A DNA stretch of 44,514 bases from Octopus bimaculoides (lineage: Eukaryota): the NCBI RefSeq assembly GCF_001194135.2, contig NC_068999.1:17150957-17195470 (forward strand), in the 5' to 3' direction. The position numbers were made by a program, and so were the translations under genes. The notes beneath the pieces were generated by a model that did no database searches, was not told where the DNA came from, and saw nothing but the letters and a program-made list of their open reading frames with translations. This document shows positions 39,633 to 44,514 of the stretch, piece after piece (the stretch's first letter is position 1; each line of letters opens with the position of its first letter).

Positions 39633-40216
39633 CTCTTTTTTTCGGTTATCTACATGAGTTAATCCAATTGTTATTATTATTATTATCATTATTACTACTA
39701 CTACTATTATTATTATTATTATTATTGTTATCATCATCATCATCATTGTTGTAGTTGCCTTTGCTTATGATGGTACATTGTTGTTAAGAGTTAGCATTAA
39801 GATTACGTTACTTTTAAAGGTTTATAATGTTCTTTGGCGTCCTATGTTCTGACTATACACCTCATCCTGGGATTGATAACATTATTACCGTAAAATATCC
39901 TGGACTTGATTCAATCAAATATACTTCTGTCTTATAATTTAATGTGTTCTGCACACTTCACAGTGAAAGTATGTAATCTTGAAGAAGGCTGTCTCTATGA
40001 CTATTCTTTCATACCATTCGTAGCTACACACACACACATATTTCGATAAACATACACACACCCACGCACACATACACATACACATACATATATATTTCGA
40101 TAAACATACACACACGCACACCCATGTACGAATATATGTATATGTTATGTATACATATATACATATATATGTATGTATTTATATTTGATTGTAAATATGT
40201 GTATATGTACAAGAAT

Positions 40217-40268
<52 letters not shown>

Positions 40269-40324
40269 ATATATGTATACATAGACATATTTCTATGTTT
40301 ATGTATGTGTATGTTAACCAGCAT

Positions 40325-40587
40325 TCTGCCTGTTACGACGTCAAGTTTTCCTATCGATCCAATCAACGGGACAGCCTACTCAAATAATTAATGTACACAT
40401 GGCTGAGCAGTGCATAGACACGCGTTCACTTTACGTATTTCTCTGCTAGATTCAGCGTGACACAGAATGCGACAACGAGTAGATTGGAGTGAAATAAAGC
40501 GTCTTGCTCAATGACAACTCAACACTGAGAATCGAACACACGACCCCGATATCAAGAACCGAAAATCCTAGCCACAAGCTCATGCAC

Positions 40588-40589
<2 letters not shown>
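40325..40589 (-). mobile_element. SINE family B copy
   Basis: The reverse complement shares blocks such as CGTCGTAAC, GTTGATxGGATCGAT and TCTCAGTGTTGAG/GTTCGATTC with 24234-24597. Confidence 0.75.
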
Positions 40590-40630
<41 letters not shown>

Positions 40631-40879
40631 CGTTTCCGACTTTGACCCACCATAAGTCCTAAATATTACTGTAGAATTTCTGGATGCAACTGTCTTTGAA
40701 GTCTCACATTCTGTTGAATGTTCGAAATGAGGGGCAGATAGCCAGCCGACAACTGACGAAAGGTCCCTTCTCTGTGTTTATTTTCCTATTTTTACGTATT
40801 TCAAGTTGTTTGCATAACTGGTGACGTCCTGTACCCATATATGCATCTCGAATTACTCATATCAACAGATACACAAACA

Positions 40880-41560
40880 AAAACGCAAACCAAACTTCAG
40901 CAACAGAGAATGGGCTGAGCTGAACAAATTAAAAGATGACGAAACAATAACAATCAGAGAGGATGATAAAGGGAGTGCAGTTGTCTTAATGGACACGGTA
41001 GTCTACAGGGTGTCCACAAAGTCTGGGTACATGTGGATTAACACATACTTTAAGAGATTATTATTTCTTATATTAAATTGTTTGTTATAATTTTATTTAC
41101 TCCATGTACCCACATGAGGATTAACACATACTTTAAGAAATTATTATTTCTCATAGTTAATTGTTTATGTTATGATTTTATTTACTCCATGTACCCAGAC
41201 CTTGTGGACACTCTGTATATAACTCTAGTACTATCTGAGCATTCAAGAAAGACTTCTTGTGAGACCAGATCTAATAACAATCTCATCTTTGGATGAATTT
41301 TTTCTGACCAAGGCCATCGCTGTATATTTGCATATTTTAGCCACAAGACAACTAGTATCCGTGAACTAGTAGCGACCAAAACAGTATAAAAAAACCCCAA
41401 AGAAAATGAGCAACGGCGTGATAATCATACCATGACCAGCTATCAAAAACGACAGTGACTACCATAAAACCTAGCCCAACAACACCTCTTATAAGCTTCG
41501 GACTATTTTGGCGTAAAAATCATTTCCTTGTTAGTCGTTGTAACGGCAACATCTATTTAG
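40880..41560 (+). mobile_element. Penelope-like element RT N-terminal relic, interrupted by a MITE
   Basis: KPNFSNREWAELNKLKDDETITIREDDKGSAVVLMD matches the PLE motif NL...E..AL..L..D..I.I...DKG...V.MD. Similarity downstream of the MITE (IKPSPTTP..FGL, LVSRCNG) is weaker. Confidence 0.7.
41006..41215. mobile_element. Tc1/mariner-type MITE (210 bp) with 28-bp TIRs and TA TSD
   Basis: TIR CAGGGTGTCCACAAAGTCTGGGTACATG (41006-41033) matches the reverse complement of 41188-41215 at 26/28. TA at 41004-05 and 41216-17. Confidence 0.9.
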
Positions 41561-41960
41561 TTGACGATAAAATATATTGTGGCATTTAAATTGACGAGTA
41601 GATTTTTGAATTCTTTATCATAAACATTCTTATCGTAACAAACCAATAAAAAAAAACATCTATGACAAAAAAGAATAACGGCAAAAAGACAAGCAGAGCC
41701 AGGGATATTCATCACTATTAAAAGTGAGATGAAAGCCAGCTTTTGTATTTCTATGGTATCTAGGTCAGAGTATTTCCTTTGTAATAGACAAAGCCTTAAC
41801 ATATGTGTTAATCGAGAGGTTTAAAAGAAAGACGGTCTTCCGTACACGTCTATGCGCACGCTCGCACACATCACAGGCACGCACACTCAAATACGAAGCT
41901 ACTCACGCATACATAATACGTATACAAGTAGAAACACGCTCGCACAACCATGCAACCGTT

Positions 41961-41992
<32 letters not shown>

Positions 41993-42011
41993 TATATGCG
42001 TGATATATATA

Positions 42012-42412
42012 CTCTTTCTTTTACTTGTTTCAGTCTATTGAATGCGGCCATGCTGGTGGCCTTTAACTGAACAAATCGATCCCGGGACTTATTCTTTTAA
42101 AGCTTAATACTTATTCTAGCAGTCTCTTTTGCCGAACCGTTTAGTTACAGAAGCGTAAACACACAAACATCGGCCGTTAAGCGATAGTGGAGTGACAAAC
42201 ACAGACACAAAAATACATACATACATGCATATGATATATATATATATATATATATATACAACCAGCTTCTTTCAATTTGAATTTACCAAATCCACTCACA
42301 AGGCTTCGGTCAGCCCGAGGCTATAGTAGAAGACGCTTGTCCAAAGTGCTACGCAGTGGGATTGAACTCGGAACCGTTTGATGGGGAAGCAAGTTCCTTA
42401 CCACACAGCCGC
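42012..42412 (-). mobile_element. tRNA-derived SINE, family A, near full length
   Basis: Colinear with 19603-19945 (CCCGAGGCTATAGTAGAAGAC, CTTACCACACAGCC); internal (TA)n expansion. Confidence 0.85.
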
Positions 42413-42499
42413 AACTATATATAATAATAATAATAATAATCCACGGATGGAATTTACAAATATTTTAACGCTCCGCCACGCGCGTTTCCACAAATCACG

Positions 42500-42583
42500 C
42501 ACTCACTCACTCACTCACTCACTCACTCACTCACTCACTCACTCACTCACTCACTCACTCACTCACTCACTCACTCACTCACT
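42500..42583. repeat. (ACTC)n tetranucleotide microsatellite running into an N-gap
   Basis: Seen directly. Confidence 0.97.
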
Positions 42584-43698
42584 NNNNNNNNNNACATACA
42601 TACATACATACATACATACATACACTTACACACAAAACTCATACATATTGGCGCAGGCCATCACGTTATGTAGAGATAAGCCAACTCAGTGAAGCCATGG
42701 AAGTTTCCAGTAGTATTTAGCCCATTGTTATATGCACCTGCTATGAGTTAATGTAAGAATGTTTAATACCGTTGCTTCGAGTGTTACAATCTTTGGAACA
42801 GTCGATAGGTAAATTAGATGGGCGGCTATTCAATCGTTTCATTTTGGGGTTTATATTTCGATACTTTTTTTAATATTCCATGATACCCCATATGCTAAAA
42901 CATGTAAGTCGCATTAAAAAAATTGAATAACATGCTTTTTCAAGCACTTTACCCCCTCTCTTCATCGTAACTTCAAAGTAGTTGTCACGATTAAAATTAA
43001 TTTTTAAGCTTTTCTTCAGTACTTTTTTATCATATTATATTACCACATATTCTAAAAATCTTGTAATACACATTTAAAATTAAATAAAATTGAAACCATT
43101 TTTTTTTAGTTCTTTAACTTACCTTTTCCTCCTTTTATCGTGTCTTTGAAGAATTTTTCACTATTTATACTTCTAATGCATATTACATTACTATTCTTGA
43201 AAAAAATGGTTCTGAGTTTCTATTTCTTAACACCATTCTTACCTATGCCAACCACCATTGATTCATTTATTTTTGGGGCTTCATTTTCTTACTCTTACAT
43301 TTCCCATTTTGCAAAAAGTAAAAAATTAAAGAAAAACAATTCTCTGAACAATACAAAACTTAAAGGAATTATATAAACCTGCTCATGGTCGCTAAACATA
43401 CTAAAATTAAAATGTGCACTACATCACATGTGTTAACGTTTTTCACTACAAGTTTACATGGACAAGAAAGTAATGACCCTCCATCCCCCAGGAATGAGAT
43501 ATTGTCTTAGAAAATGTATTGGCAAAAATAAATAGAAATCGATAAACTTCCTCTTAAATTGAATTTCACATGACGTTTTTGTTTTTGTTTGTCATTTCCT
43601 ACATACAAAATCGTGGAGTGTTTGTTCTTAACTTCAAGACAACAAGATATCAACGTTCAGCTATTTGAAGTTTAGGATATCAATATTTCTCGACAATT

Positions 43699-43873
43699 AA
43701 AGGAGGTGAACTGGCAGAATCGCCACCGTGCCGGAAAATAATGCTTAGCAGCATTTCTTCCGACATTACGTTCTGAATTGAAATCAAGGTCAATAAAAGA
43801 AGTACCAGTTGAGTATGTTATCGACTTGCATACTTTCCCCACATTGCTGGTCTTGTGCGAAAACTTGAAACCA
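43699..43873 (+). mobile_element. Meta-core SINE with internal deletion
   Basis: Head AAGGAGGTGAACTGGCAGAATCG, then ATGCTTAGC and AAGTACCAGTTGAG; the central core is partly missing. Confidence 0.65.
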
Positions 43874-44514
43874 ATGTTTCGCCACTATATTCTTCACACG
43901 CCAAGGAAAGAAATATTCTATTAGAAAACGCAGAATAAAAGAAACAAATAGAAATGTAACATCTTAGTTTAAAGGGGCTTCAAGAAATTGCTGCCTCGAT
44001 TGAGAAAAGGAGAGCAAAGGAGTGTTACATTCTACCTTTATGCAATTAAAAAAATTGAACTTATCTACATTTTGAGCTACTGAAGTAATCTATTCTACAA
44101 ATATCTTTCAAAATTCTAATTTGGTTTTTCACACATTTTAGCGTGTAATTCTTTGATATTTTTTATCAACCCCAGAAATTAACCAGCGTTATACGGAAGA
44201 ACATGGAACGTTAGAAATTAAAAGAAAGTGGTGCTTTGAAATTTTGTTTACGAATTACGTGTCTCCAAATGTGGGTTATCATAAAATGAAATATAATATA
44301 AAAACAAAATGCATTCTAATCGTGACAGCGATTCCAAAGGCATGACGAAGGAAAGGGATTAAGGAATTTAAAAAGCATGGATTTAAAAAAAAAAAAAAAA
44401 ATATTTTTTGTTAATTGCAACTTAGAAAGTGAGATATAAAATGATGAAAAATGCACACAAAATTATATAAAAACAAGGGCCCCCATTCTTTTTTTGTGTG
44501 TGTGTGTGTGTGGG

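Noticed and set aside
40700-40790. CTGACGA motif beside the Penelope-like relic as a hammerhead ribozyme
   Set aside because: PLEs often carry hammerheads, but here no GAAA follows the putative stem II, and the upstream CGAAA cannot form stems II and III. At most a dead remnant.
41030-41197. CRISPR-like repeat
   Set aside because: Only two adjacent units with no spacer, enclosed by TIRs, in a eukaryotic genome.
20-44514. Long ORFs rich in YI/CV/HT/X in the supplied track
   Set aside because: They are translations of dinucleotide or trinucleotide repeats or N-gaps; no real coding signal.

Overview
AT-rich eukaryotic draft-genome window, most likely from an octopus/coleoid cephalopod. That assignment is inferred from the SINE/LINE types and the very high microsatellite density, not from a marker gene. 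It has 11 N-gaps totalling 2,927 nt. I find no confident host protein-coding gene, RNA gene or CRISPR array. Nearly all entries in the supplied ORF track are artefacts of (TA)n/(CA)n/(TG)n/trinucleotide repeats or N-runs. The window is intergenic or intronic DNA packed with transposon relics: a decayed Tc1-type DD34E transposon (36.6-37.8 kb), a mariner deletion derivative, two MITEs, three R4/Dong-type LINE fragments beside TAA-family microsatellites, RTE-, CR1- and Penelope-like fragments, and many tRNA-derived SINEs. The most notable structures are a 188-bp TG..CA fold-back element with a 5-bp target duplication (5123-5310), a MITE with an internal tandem duplication inside a Penelope-like relic (41006-41215), retroposon chains seeded on TAA microsatellites, and a weak two-exon candidate at 12.75-13.06 kb. 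I see no evidence of a new multi-gene system. Family assignments rest on motif recall, not on database searches.
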